64,000 nucleotides of DNA from Candidatus Uhrbacteria bacterium (GTDB lineage Bacteria > Patescibacteriota > Patescibacteriia > JACPHY01). Positions 9,941 through 18,455 of the stretch are shown here, piece after piece. Both the position numbers and the translations under genes were made by a program. The notes under the pieces were generated by a model. That model was not told the DNA's origin and did no database searches. It saw only the letters and a list, made by a program, of their open reading frames with translations. How positions within the stretch are numbered: the first letter of the stretch is position 1; each line of letters starts with the position of its first letter. Location: contig JACPHY010000003.1 in assembly GCA_016188355.1 (NCBI GenBank), positions 8,170-72,169 on the forward strand, read 5' to 3'.

Positions 9941-10256
9941 TCCGCAGCGCAGTGCCTCGCCATGCAACGTTCCGCGCCGCGACGCTGCGCTCCGCAATGC
10001 AACGGACTGGGATTCACCCTAGTCTCGTCGCCCCGTTCCGAAAACTGCCATCCTCCATGCCATGCGGCGCTCGGTACCGCGTGGCAATGCAGTGCGCCGC
10101 TCCGCAATGATTCGGGACCATCCCGTTGCTTCATCGCTCATGACGGATCGCCCGCGCGGTGCTACGCAGCGCGGTGCAATGCCCCGTGGCGCGTCGCGGT
10201 GCAATGCGCAGCTCATTATTGCAGCGGACCGGGTTACCCCCGGTCCTTTTCTTTTT
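9941..10256 (+). ncRNA. pentamer-periodic guide-like RNA array 4 (3 units)
   Basis: Units at 9941-10024, 10056-10129 and 10153-10246; loops ATTCAC, ACCAT, TTACC; ends with TTTTCTTTTT. Confidence 0.82.
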
Positions 10257-10329
10257 CTCCAATCGCCACCCATGCTTGACGTCCACGGGATACCGTGGTG
10301 CACTAGGAACGCTGATTATCGAATCTTGT

Positions 10330-11634
10330 ATGCAAGTCACGACCACCACACTCCCCAAATCTTCGGTTGCACTCCAAATCGAGCTCACCGCAGAGGAACT
10401 CCAGCCATACCTCACGAAAGCTGCGGAGGCGCTCTCCCGCGAACATCAGGTGAAGGGATTTCGCCCTGGCAAATTGCCATACGCACTTGCGGTGCAGCGC
10501 TTCGGTGCAGAGGCGCTCCGCCACGAAGCCGCGGATCATGCAATCCGCGATGCGTACGTGCGCGCCGTACGCCAAGAAAAGCTGAAGACGGTCGGGCAGC
10601 CGCGCATCGAACTGGCGGAGCCCACTCCAAACGCATCGATTGCCTTTACGGCAACGGTAGCCATATTGCCCACCATGGAGCTTCCGGACTTCGCGTCCAT
10701 TGTCGTCGATCGCCGCGCCGTCCACATAGATGCGCAGGACGTCGACCGCGCACTGGAGGATCTCCGCAAGATACAACCCATTGAGGCGCTCGTGGATCGC
10801 GCAGCAACCGCTACGGATAAGGTGATCGTCGACATCGATCTCAAGAAAGATGCGGTCCCACTCGAAGGCGGGCAGGCCCGCGGACATCAGATCTATCTCA
10901 CGGAATCCTACTATCTCCCCCGAGTAAAGGAAGAGGTCGTGGGCATGACGAAGGGCGAAACGAAAACGTTCCCCCTCGCATTCCCGGCCGATCATTTTCA
11001 AAAACACCTCGCCGGACAAACCGTGGATTGCGCGGTGACCCTCCGCGACGTCTATGCGGTCGAGCTCCCCCCGCTCGATGATGCCCTCGCGCAGCGACTC
11101 GGCCAGCCAACCATCGCCGATCTCCGTACGCGCATCGAGCACAACCTCCGGGAAGAAGCGACCCATAAAGCAAACGATGCGGAAGAGATTGCCATGCTCG
11201 ATGCCATTGTGGCGAAGGCGAAGATTGGCGATCTCCCGGAAATCCTCATTACGGGCGAAGCGCATCGCATGGTGGATGAACTCGCCTCGAGCATCGCCGA
11301 ACGCGGACTCGAATTTGCGACATACCTCGCGAAGATCCAAAAAACGCGCGACCAACTGCTCATTGATTTTGTGCCCGAAGCCATCCGTCGCGTGAAGGTG
11401 GCACTCGTCACCCGCGCCGTTGCGGAACAGACGACCCTCACCGTTGCCGATGCGGAGGTAGAAGCAGCAATTCAGCAGCAGCTCGAACGGTACGCCGAAA
11501 CCCCCGAGTTCCATCAACGCCTGCAGTCCGAAGAAGCACGCGACTACGTTCGCATGACGCTCCGCAATCGCAAGGTCATCGCCCACCTCCGCGGACTCGT
11601 CCAGTGGAAAGACGCGAAACCTGCCGCAGCGTAA
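10330..11634 (+). CDS. tig: trigger factor
   Basis: KGFRPGKLP ribosome-binding motif, FKBP-like middle domain; start at MQVTTTTLPKS; promoter TTGACG-17-TGCACT at 10276-10304. Confidence 0.95.
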   Translation: MQVTTTTLPKSSVALQIELTAEELQPYLTKAAEALSREHQVKGFRPGKLPYALAVQRFGAEALRHEAADHAIRDAYVRAVRQEKLKTVGQPRIELAEPTPNASIAFTATVAILPTMELPDFASIVVDRRAVHIDAQDVDRALEDLRKIQPIEALVDRAATATDKVIVDIDLKKDAVPLEGGQARGHQIYLTESYYLPRVKEEVVGMTKGETKTFPLAFPADHFQKHLAGQTVDCAVTLRDVYAVELPPLDDALAQRLGQPTIADLRTRIEHNLREEATHKANDAEEIAMLDAIVAKAKIGDLPEILITGEAHRMVDELASSIAERGLEFATYLAKIQKTRDQLLIDFVPEAIRRVKVALVTRAVAEQTTLTVADAEVEAAIQQQLERYAETPEFHQRLQSEEARDYVRMTLRNRKVIAHLRGLVQWKDAKPAAA

Positions 11635-11811
11635 ACCGCATTCCCCATTCCGCAGCCACATCCGCATCCCACACCACGGGGTGCGGATTTGGCTGCACGA
11701 CGGCCGCGTCCCGAGCACCAATCCAGCCTTGACGCCCCGATCGACGTTTGGTACTGTTGCCCCGCACCTGATGTGCGGGTTCCTTCCCTGTAGTCCATAA
11801 GGAGATTTCGC

Positions 11812-13098
11812 ATGCACCCATCGCGGATCATCCAGCGCACTGCGCTGCTGATCGTCCTGGCCATGATGCTCCCCGTCTCTGCGCTCGCTGCTCCGTGGCA
11901 TGTCGTGATCACCCGCATGACGGAGGAACGCTCCCTCTGGCTCCTCCCCTGCGCGTTCGTGGCGGGCATGGTGAGCGTGGCCACGCCGTGTGTCCTCCCC
12001 ATGCTCCCCATCACGCTCGGCACGCTCGGCGTACGATCGGACACCACGCGACGCATCACCCTGCTCCGCACGCTCGCGTACATCGGCGGCATCCTCGTCA
12101 CGTTCATGGGACTCGGCATGCTCGCGGGCATTGCCGGTAACGCCGTGAGTACCATCTTCACGTATACCTCCGTGCACCTCGTCCTGGCTGCCGTCTTCCT
12201 GATCTTGGCACTGAGTACGTTTGGCGTGTACACGCTCCAGCTGCCGTCCGCGCTCCAGACGCGATGGAGCCGTATCGGCGGCGCGAGCATCTTCGGCGCA
12301 TTTGCCGCCGGAACCGTCGGCGGCCTCCTCGCACTCCCCTGCACCGGTCCGGTCCTCGCCGGCATCCTCGGCGTGATCGGTTCTGCGGGATCCGCGATGT
12401 ACGGCGCGCTCATCCTCGGCTGCTACGCGCTCGGATTCGGCATGCCGTTCCTCGCGCTCGGCATCGGACTCATCCGTATGCCCAAGACGCGCACATGGAC
12501 GCAGCGCACGGAGTACGGCATCGGCGCGCTGCTGCTCATCGGTGCATTCTGGATGCTCCGAAATGCGTTTCCGGATATCGCGACGCCGTTCGCGCACCCG
12601 GCAGCCTTCCTCCCTGCGCTTGGTCTCATTGCCATCGGCAGTGCCACGCTCATCTGGACCGCATCGCTCTCGACATTCGCCGTCGTGCGTGGCGTGGGGG
12701 GCATCACGCTCGGGGGCGTCCTCGTCATGAGTGGACTTGCGGCTCCCACCAACACCGATTGGTGCGAGGAGGGCCGTGATGGTGCGTGCCTTGCGACCGC
12801 GTGCGCCGCCCATCCCATCACCGTGGTGGACGCGCATGCGCCATGGTGCACCTCCTGCCGCACCCTCGAACGCGAGACGCTCGCCGCCCCATCGGTCCAA
12901 CAGGCGATCGGCATCTACGGCCGCGTGCGCATCGATGTGGACGCGCATCCGCAGCACTTCGATCGATTCGCGCCACGCGGATTGCCGGCGATCACCTTCC
13001 TCGATCGCACCTGCACGCCAGTCCACGGCGTCACCGGTCTCATTCCCCCAGCGCAGCTCCTCGATCACCTTCGCCGAGCGGAAATACTCGTGCAATGA
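11812..13098 (+). CDS. DsbD/CcdA transmembrane domain fused to a C-terminal thioredoxin domain
   Basis: TPCVLPMLP and LPCTGPVL conserved Cys motifs; APWCTSC thioredoxin site. Confidence 0.88.
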   Translation: MHPSRIIQRTALLIVLAMMLPVSALAAPWHVVITRMTEERSLWLLPCAFVAGMVSVATPCVLPMLPITLGTLGVRSDTTRRITLLRTLAYIGGILVTFMGLGMLAGIAGNAVSTIFTYTSVHLVLAAVFLILALSTFGVYTLQLPSALQTRWSRIGGASIFGAFAAGTVGGLLALPCTGPVLAGILGVIGSAGSAMYGALILGCYALGFGMPFLALGIGLIRMPKTRTWTQRTEYGIGALLLIGAFWMLRNAFPDIATPFAHPAAFLPALGLIAIGSATLIWTASLSTFAVVRGVGGITLGGVLVMSGLAAPTNTDWCEEGRDGACLATACAAHPITVVDAHAPWCTSCRTLERETLAAPSVQQAIGIYGRVRIDVDAHPQHFDRFAPRGLPAITFLDRTCTPVHGVTGLIPPAQLLDHLRRAEILVQ

Positions 13099-13110
13099 TG
13101 GGAGCATGGT

Positions 13111-13434
13111 ATGCGCATCTACGCGATTCTCCTCACCCCTGACGCCATGACGGGTTTCCGCCAATTCGCGGAAACCGATGGCCACGAACTCGTGCCGTTG
13201 GACGATTGCACCGCATTGCCCTCCGAACTGGCCACAACGGATTGCATCGCCATTCCGATTAGTCTCTTCGTGCCCCTCACCCGCGCGCTCCGATCGCGCC
13301 AGGTACCGACGGAGCTCAATGTCATGGCCGTACTCCCCATGGGCACGGTCGCTAGCAACCGCACGACGGCCGCAGACGGCCTGAGCGTGGTCTACATATC
13401 CGAAGATGATCTTATCCGCCTCCCCTCGCCATAA
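13111..13434 (+). CDS. hypothetical protein
   Basis: 107 aa, operon spacing, GGGAG RBS. Confidence 0.6.
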   Translation: MRIYAILLTPDAMTGFRQFAETDGHELVPLDDCTALPSELATTDCIAIPISLFVPLTRALRSRQVPTELNVMAVLPMGTVASNRTTAADGLSVVYISEDDLIRLPSP

Positions 13435-13455
13435 CGTGGGGAGGTTTTCGTTGTT

Positions 13456-14352
13456 ATGTCCCATTCCCCAGAACGCACGCAGGAATCCGCAGCGGAGGCA
13501 TCACCATCGCGCGCGAAAGAAACCATCTTTACTGCGGAGCGCGCGGAACACGATGTCTCCTGGGATGAATCGCCGGAAGCGGTGTTCCGCGATGCGCTCG
13601 CGCTCCTGGCGCCCGAACTCACCCCCGCGCAAACCGATGCGCTGACGCAGGAGCTCTCGCACGAATCTCCGACGCTCGATGCGATCCGCGCGATTGTCCA
13701 CGACGCTGCGCTCGCGCGTCGGATCGGAAAATGCAGCGATCAGTACCTGGGACGGCCGGTGCTGGTACATGGCATCTGGGAACAGCTGCGGTATGGGGCC
13801 ACCACATCCGGCATGACGGACACCGGACTCGGCCTCCGGCGCGCGCTCGCATGGCAGAGCGCGAACACCCACCGCACCGATCTCCGGGTGACGTATCCCG
13901 CATCCGGAGCGGATGCGACCGGATTCCTCGATCACCTCACGGGTGCACCGATTGCCCACCTCGACTGCGTCACCGCTGGCGGTCCTCAAGGCGCCGATCG
14001 CAAAGCAGCATCCCAAGACATTGATACGACGCTCGTCAAAAGCACGATCCAGCAAGCACTCGAGCAGCAACGCATCGCTCCCGCGGATTGCGTGGTCCTC
14101 GACAGCTCCGGATTCGGCGTGCTCATGGATCTCGCCGATCCCACGGTGCTCGCGGGGGCGCTCGATCGTCTCGTGGTGCCGGGTGGTATCCTCGTCACCA
14201 CTTCGGGGTATCTGGGTGCGGGAAGGGAATCCGTTAAACACGTACTCACGCAACTTCCGCCGGAACGCTACCGATACGTGGGACACCAGGGCGGTAACGT
14301 CTTCATCGTGGAACGCACGCGCACTACATCGGATGCGACCACATCCACCTGA
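13456..14352 (+). CDS. hypothetical protein, possibly a degenerate class I SAM-methyltransferase fold at the C-terminus
   Basis: 298 aa with GGAGG RBS; LDRLVVPGGILV resembles the L.PGG.l motif. Confidence 0.6.
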   Translation: MSHSPERTQESAAEASPSRAKETIFTAERAEHDVSWDESPEAVFRDALALLAPELTPAQTDALTQELSHESPTLDAIRAIVHDAALARRIGKCSDQYLGRPVLVHGIWEQLRYGATTSGMTDTGLGLRRALAWQSANTHRTDLRVTYPASGADATGFLDHLTGAPIAHLDCVTAGGPQGADRKAASQDIDTTLVKSTIQQALEQQRIAPADCVVLDSSGFGVLMDLADPTVLAGALDRLVVPGGILVTTSGYLGAGRESVKHVLTQLPPERYRYVGHQGGNVFIVERTRTTSDATTST

Positions 14353-14357
14353 TCGCT

Positions 14358-15206
14358 ATGCCCATCGGCGCGCACGTATCCATTGCGGGGGGAATAGTTC
14401 ATGCGCCCGCGAACGCGGCAGCGCAAGGATGTGAGTGCTTCCAGATGTTCACCCGATCCCCTCAAGGCGGCGCGGCACCTCCGCTCACCGAGACGGTTGT
14501 GGCCGCATTCCGCGCCGCATGCGATGCACACCAGCAATCGCTCTGGGTCGTGCACACGCCGTACTACATCAATCTCGCCTCCGCGGAAGAACGCATTCGG
14601 AGCTCCTCCACGCGAGTCATCCGCGAAGAACTCGAACGCGCGTCGTGCATCGGTGCACAGTACGTCATGGCGCATCTCGGTTCTGCACGTGACGTGGGCG
14701 AGGCAGCGGGACGTGCACTCGTGGTGGCTGGACTCACGAAGGCGCTCGATGGATACACCGGATCCGCCACCTTCTGCATCGAAATTGCTGCTGGTGCGGG
14801 AGCAGTCATGGGCGATACGTTTGAAGAAATCGCAGAGCTCATTGCGGGCGTGGAACGAAACATCCATCGCAACGGCATGATCGGCGTCTGTTTCGATACG
14901 CAGCATGCCTTCGGTGCAGGATATGATATCCGTACGGTGGATGCCGTTGCAGCGACCGTCGCGGCACTGGACGCCACCATCGGTCGCGAGCGCCTCCGTA
15001 TGTCCCACATCAACGACTCCAAGGTGGAACTCGGTGCACAGAAAGATCGCCACGAGCATATTGGGAAAGGGCACATTGGTATCGACGGCATTCGCGCCGT
15101 CGTGCAGCACCCCGCATTCCGCGGCCTCCCCCTCATCCTCGAAACCGAAGACGAGGGACGCGAAGCGGATGTGCAACTCCTCAAATCATTCCGCAATCAC
15201 CCGTAA
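14358..15206 (+). CDS. nfo: endonuclease IV
   Basis: IGAHVSIAGG, HTPYYINLAS, CFDTQH, HINDSK, DRHEHIGKG, ILET. Confidence 0.96.
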   Translation: MPIGAHVSIAGGIVHAPANAAAQGCECFQMFTRSPQGGAAPPLTETVVAAFRAACDAHQQSLWVVHTPYYINLASAEERIRSSSTRVIREELERASCIGAQYVMAHLGSARDVGEAAGRALVVAGLTKALDGYTGSATFCIEIAAGAGAVMGDTFEEIAELIAGVERNIHRNGMIGVCFDTQHAFGAGYDIRTVDAVAATVAALDATIGRERLRMSHINDSKVELGAQKDRHEHIGKGHIGIDGIRAVVQHPAFRGLPLILETEDEGREADVQLLKSFRNHP

Positions 15207-15217
15207 CCATATTTGCT

Positions 15218-15472
15218 ATGGGCCTCGAATACGAACTCCGCCATTTTCTGGAACGCATCATCGAAAAACTCGACAACGGAATCGAGCGCCATCGCGCACA
15301 CCGAGATGCGCTCGAGGTACTCACCCGACGCAGCGAGCACGAGAAAGAACGCGTAGACGCAGCAATCTATCGCCTCGACCAACTCCTCGAACGTGTGGAC
15401 ACGCTCACGCACACCATTAATCGCATCGAGGAACGCACGAAACACATCGATCACCAGGTCACGAAGTCGTAG
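15218..15472 (+). CDS. small coiled-coil hypothetical protein
   Basis: 84 aa with a heptad pattern. Confidence 0.6.
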   Translation: MGLEYELRHFLERIIEKLDNGIERHRAHRDALEVLTRRSEHEKERVDAAIYRLDQLLERVDTLTHTINRIEERTKHIDHQVTKS

Positions 15473-15519
15473 TCGGCACGCTTGACGCGTCCGCGCAGCC
15501 ACGGGATACTGGCCACACT

Positions 15520-15864
15520 ATGGCGCTGGATCCTGAACTCAAAATGGTCTTCGAGCATCTCGACCAGAAAATTGATGTTCTCGTTGAGGCGCGTCAGGCT
15601 GATCGCGAAAAGCTCGACGCCACATTCGACGCAGTGGGCGTACTCCAGGAAGACATGGTGGAGGTGAAGGGAAAGGTCGACGTCTTGCAAAAAGACATGA
15701 CCGAGGTGAAAGGAAAGGTGGGCGTCCTGGAAGAGAACGTCGTCGAGATCAAAGCGCAGCTCGACCTCATCCGCGGCGACCTCAAGGCCAAAGCGGACCG
15801 CACCGAGCTCCATCTCCTCGAGGAGCGCGTCACGAGACTCGAACGACGCATGGCTGCTGCATGA
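15520..15864 (+). CDS. coiled-coil protein with 14-aa internal repeats
   Basis: VGVLQEDMVEVKGK / VDVLQKDMTEVKGK / VGVLEENVVEIKAQ. Confidence 0.75.
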   Translation: MALDPELKMVFEHLDQKIDVLVEARQADREKLDATFDAVGVLQEDMVEVKGKVDVLQKDMTEVKGKVGVLEENVVEIKAQLDLIRGDLKAKADRTELHLLEERVTRLERRMAAA

Positions 15865-15948
15865 GGAGCCGCACCCGTCGAACGCCCTGGGCGCCCAGGG
15901 CGTTCGACGTTTCCCCGCCAGCCAGTACAATCAAAACAACCAAGCTCT

Positions 15949-16875
15949 ATGTCGGATCCACGAAATGTCATCATCATCGGCGGCGGACCTGCCGGGCTTA
16001 CGGCAGCAATCTACGCGTCGCGGGCCCAACTGCAACCGCTCGTCATTGCGGGCACGATTCCCGGCGGCCAGCTCATGCTGACGTCGCATGTCGAAAACTT
16101 TCCCGGATTTGACGAACCCATCCTCGGTCCAGAACTCATGGAGCGCTGGCGGAAACAGGCGATGCGCTATGGCGCCGAATTCCTCGATGAGGATGCCACC
16201 GCGATCTCCGCAACGGAACGCCCATTCACGGTGACCGCTGCCGGTACCCCATACGCTGCGCGCGCTATTATTGTGGCGACGGGAGCATCTGCAAAGTGGC
16301 TCGGGCTTCCCAATGAACAAAAATTCATGGGGAAGGGCGTGCACACTTGCGCCCAATGCGATGGATTTGCGTACAAAAATAAGGAAGTGGTTGTCGTGGG
16401 CGGCGGTGACACCGCGATGGAAGAAACGTTGACGCTCGCAAAAATCGCATCGCACATCACCATCCTCCATCGCCGCGGCGAATTCCGAGCATCGAAAATC
16501 ATGGCCGATCGCGTACTCCAGCATCCGAACATTCGGGTGCTCTGGAACACGGTGGTCGAGGATGTACTCGGCGATACGCGCGTGACGGGCGTTCGTGCTC
16601 GGAACACGGAAACTCACGAGTCCATCGAACTCACGACGAGCGCGCTCTTCGTGGCCATCGGATACGCACCAAACACGGGCTTCCTCCGCGACCAGCTCGC
16701 CCTCCGTCCGAATGGCTACCTCGAAGTGCAGCAGCACACCCGCACCTCCGTGGAAGGCATCTTTGCTGCCGGTGATGTGGAGGACGCGCACTACCGTCAG
16801 GCCGTCACCGCCGCTGCGGGCGGCTGCATGGCAGCGATCGATGCGGAGCGGTGGTTGGCCACACAAGAAAACTGA
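15949..16875 (+). CDS. trxB: thioredoxin-disulfide reductase
   Basis: GGGPAG, CAQCDG redox pair, GGGDTAMEE, FAAGDV. Confidence 0.96.
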   Translation: MSDPRNVIIIGGGPAGLTAAIYASRAQLQPLVIAGTIPGGQLMLTSHVENFPGFDEPILGPELMERWRKQAMRYGAEFLDEDATAISATERPFTVTAAGTPYAARAIIVATGASAKWLGLPNEQKFMGKGVHTCAQCDGFAYKNKEVVVVGGGDTAMEETLTLAKIASHITILHRRGEFRASKIMADRVLQHPNIRVLWNTVVEDVLGDTRVTGVRARNTETHESIELTTSALFVAIGYAPNTGFLRDQLALRPNGYLEVQQHTRTSVEGIFAAGDVEDAHYRQAVTAAAGGCMAAIDAERWLATQEN

Positions 16876-16885
16876 TACGCAACAT

Positions 16886-17047
16886 ATGCGCCTTCTCTTC
16901 TCGCTCGTGCTGGTGAGCGGTCTTTGGTTGCTTATCTCGCCGTTTGTGTTGAGCTATCTCGGCGTGGGGCGCGCGAATGCGCTCCTCGTGGGGCTGATCG
17001 TGACTATCCTGGGAGTCATGGGGGTGGCTGGAACCACTGGGAAATAG
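16886..17047 (+). CDS. small membrane protein, SPW-repeat-like
   Basis: MRLLFSLVLVSGLWLLISPFVLSY...; the GLWL.ISPF.L motif; two TM segments. Confidence 0.7.
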   Translation: MRLLFSLVLVSGLWLLISPFVLSYLGVGRANALLVGLIVTILGVMGVAGTTGK

Positions 17048-17147
17048 AGGATTGGGGCTCCTCCATCGGATGGACGTTCAGCCAGTTCTTGATCCGTGAC
17101 AATCACGCATCTCGGAAAATACTTGCCGACTGGCAGTAATTTTGGAC

Positions 17148-17181
17148 ACAAAGATTAGCTCCACTGAGCTAATCTTTGTTT
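17148..17181 (+). terminator. intrinsic terminator-like hairpin
   Basis: ACAAAGATTAGCTC-CACT-GAGCTAATCTTTGT, perfect 14-bp stem. Confidence 0.65.
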
Positions 17182-17188
17182 GCATGTC

Positions 17189-17217
17189 TTGACAGAAATG
17201 ACAATCAATGCTAGTCT
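17189..17217 (+). promoter_or_regulatory. strong sigma70 promoter heading the accessory island
   Basis: TTGACA-17 nt-TAGTCT with extended -10 TG in an AT-rich patch. Confidence 0.7.
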
Positions 17218-17501
17218 ATAAATATACCCTGTTTCAGGATTACTACTTCCCAATCGCAATCTCGTCAGACACAGCGCAACGGCCATCCTTCATTCGAGGT
17301 ATCGAAAATGGATGTCGACGCGCTGACACGAGAGAGGCTCGCGCGGGCCTGTAATGAATCCTGAACACCCGCCATTCCGTTCACCAACGGACCCGAGCTC
17401 TCTCCTTTCTGGAGGGGGCTCGGTTTGTTTGTGCCTTCCACTCGAGCGACGGAGTCCCCAGTGGATTCCGGTGCTCAAGTGGGGGTCACACGCGCAGTCG
17501 A

Positions 17502-17969
17502 GTGAGCACCCTGTCACCGGAAGGCATGGAGGGAAACGAGATGCCGCAGCGATCGAAGCAGTACAACGGAAACGGGCTCGCGGCGAGCCTGCAGCACGAT
17601 CTCATCACGAGAAAGAGCAGGATGGGGGAAATCCCGGACGAGGCATGGGCCGACAAGGGACCGGAGGGGCAGGGCGACTTCGATCCTGATCTCACCGTCA
17701 CGCCGGACCCGACGATCGAAGAGGACCTGCTCGACCAGGCGCCCGAGAACTGGTTCCAGCATCAGCGAAGGATGCGCCTGCTCGGCGAGGACAGCATCGA
17801 TCCGGACTCGATCCCGGACATGAGTCTCAACCCCGAGACGATCCTCATCGCGTGTGAGGAGGAGACCGAGGAGAGCACCGCGCTCGCCGCCGAGGCCACG
17901 ACGGCCTGGCGCGCCACGAAGGAGCGCAGCAGGCGCACGGTCCGCTTCCCCACCAGCGCCGTGGCCTGA
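17502..17969 (+). CDS. acidic hypothetical protein; start may be 17526 or 17541
   Basis: Strong GC3 codon bias, RBS-like GGAGGG. Confidence 0.7.
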   Translation: MSTLSPEGMEGNEMPQRSKQYNGNGLAASLQHDLITRKSRMGEIPDEAWADKGPEGQGDFDPDLTVTPDPTIEEDLLDQAPENWFQHQRRMRLLGEDSIDPDSIPDMSLNPETILIACEEETEESTALAAEATTAWRATKERSRRTVRFPTSAVA

Positions 17970-18152
17970 GCCACTCGCACCCACCAGCAAGCAAGCACAT
18001 TCATCACAGACGCGTTTGCGACGTGACCTCTGACTCACTCTGCGAAGCACTTCGCAGAGGAGGAGTCGGAGGCCCACCCGAGCGATGGAGGCCCAAGTGG
18101 CTTCCAGTGCTCAGGCGGGTCACGCAACTTCACTCGAAAAGGAGACCGAGAA

Positions 18153-18455
18153 ATGGCAATGCATGTGATCACCGCACAGGAGAGCAGGATGGAGCCCATC
18201 GTGATCGACGGCGAGACTGTCGTCACCCTGCACCCGGCAAAGGACCGATTTGAGGCGGCGAAGATCGCGCATCAGCGCATTCGGCCGCACAACGGGCAGC
18301 ACTTCAGCTACACCGTGTTTCCGGGCGAGGGCCGCGACCCCGCCCGCAACCTCAGCCGGGAGTACGCGGGACGGGTGACGCACTGCATCATCTCGATGCC
18401 GGAGGCGATCCAGCTCTCCCCCGGCGACCAGGTCGCCCTGGTCCTGTACCCGTAA
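18153..18455 (+). CDS. hypothetical protein
   Basis: AAGGAG RBS, strong GC3 bias, bounded by repeat elements. Confidence 0.75.
   Translation: MAMHVITAQESRMEPIVIDGETVVTLHPAKDRFEAAKIAHQRIRPHNGQHFSYTVFPGEGRDPARNLSREYAGRVTHCIISMPEAIQLSPGDQVALVLYP

Noticed and set aside
4401-10256. Classical CRISPR array or type IV CRISPR call
   Set aside because: There are no identical direct repeats alternating with unique spacers. Conservation is a 5-nt periodicity plus hairpin structure, and no cas1/2/5/6/8 is recognisable.
10303-13464. 1053-aa minus-strand ORF and other long antisense ORFs (e.g. 47371-49131, 25769-27742, 54935-56575)
   Set aside because: They are shadow frames of well-supported genes on the opposite strand in high-GC DNA.
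15218-15864. Coiled-coil repeat proteins (also 38911-39270) as a novel system
   Set aside because: Short heptad-repeat proteins are common and show no linked partner genes or non-coding signals here.
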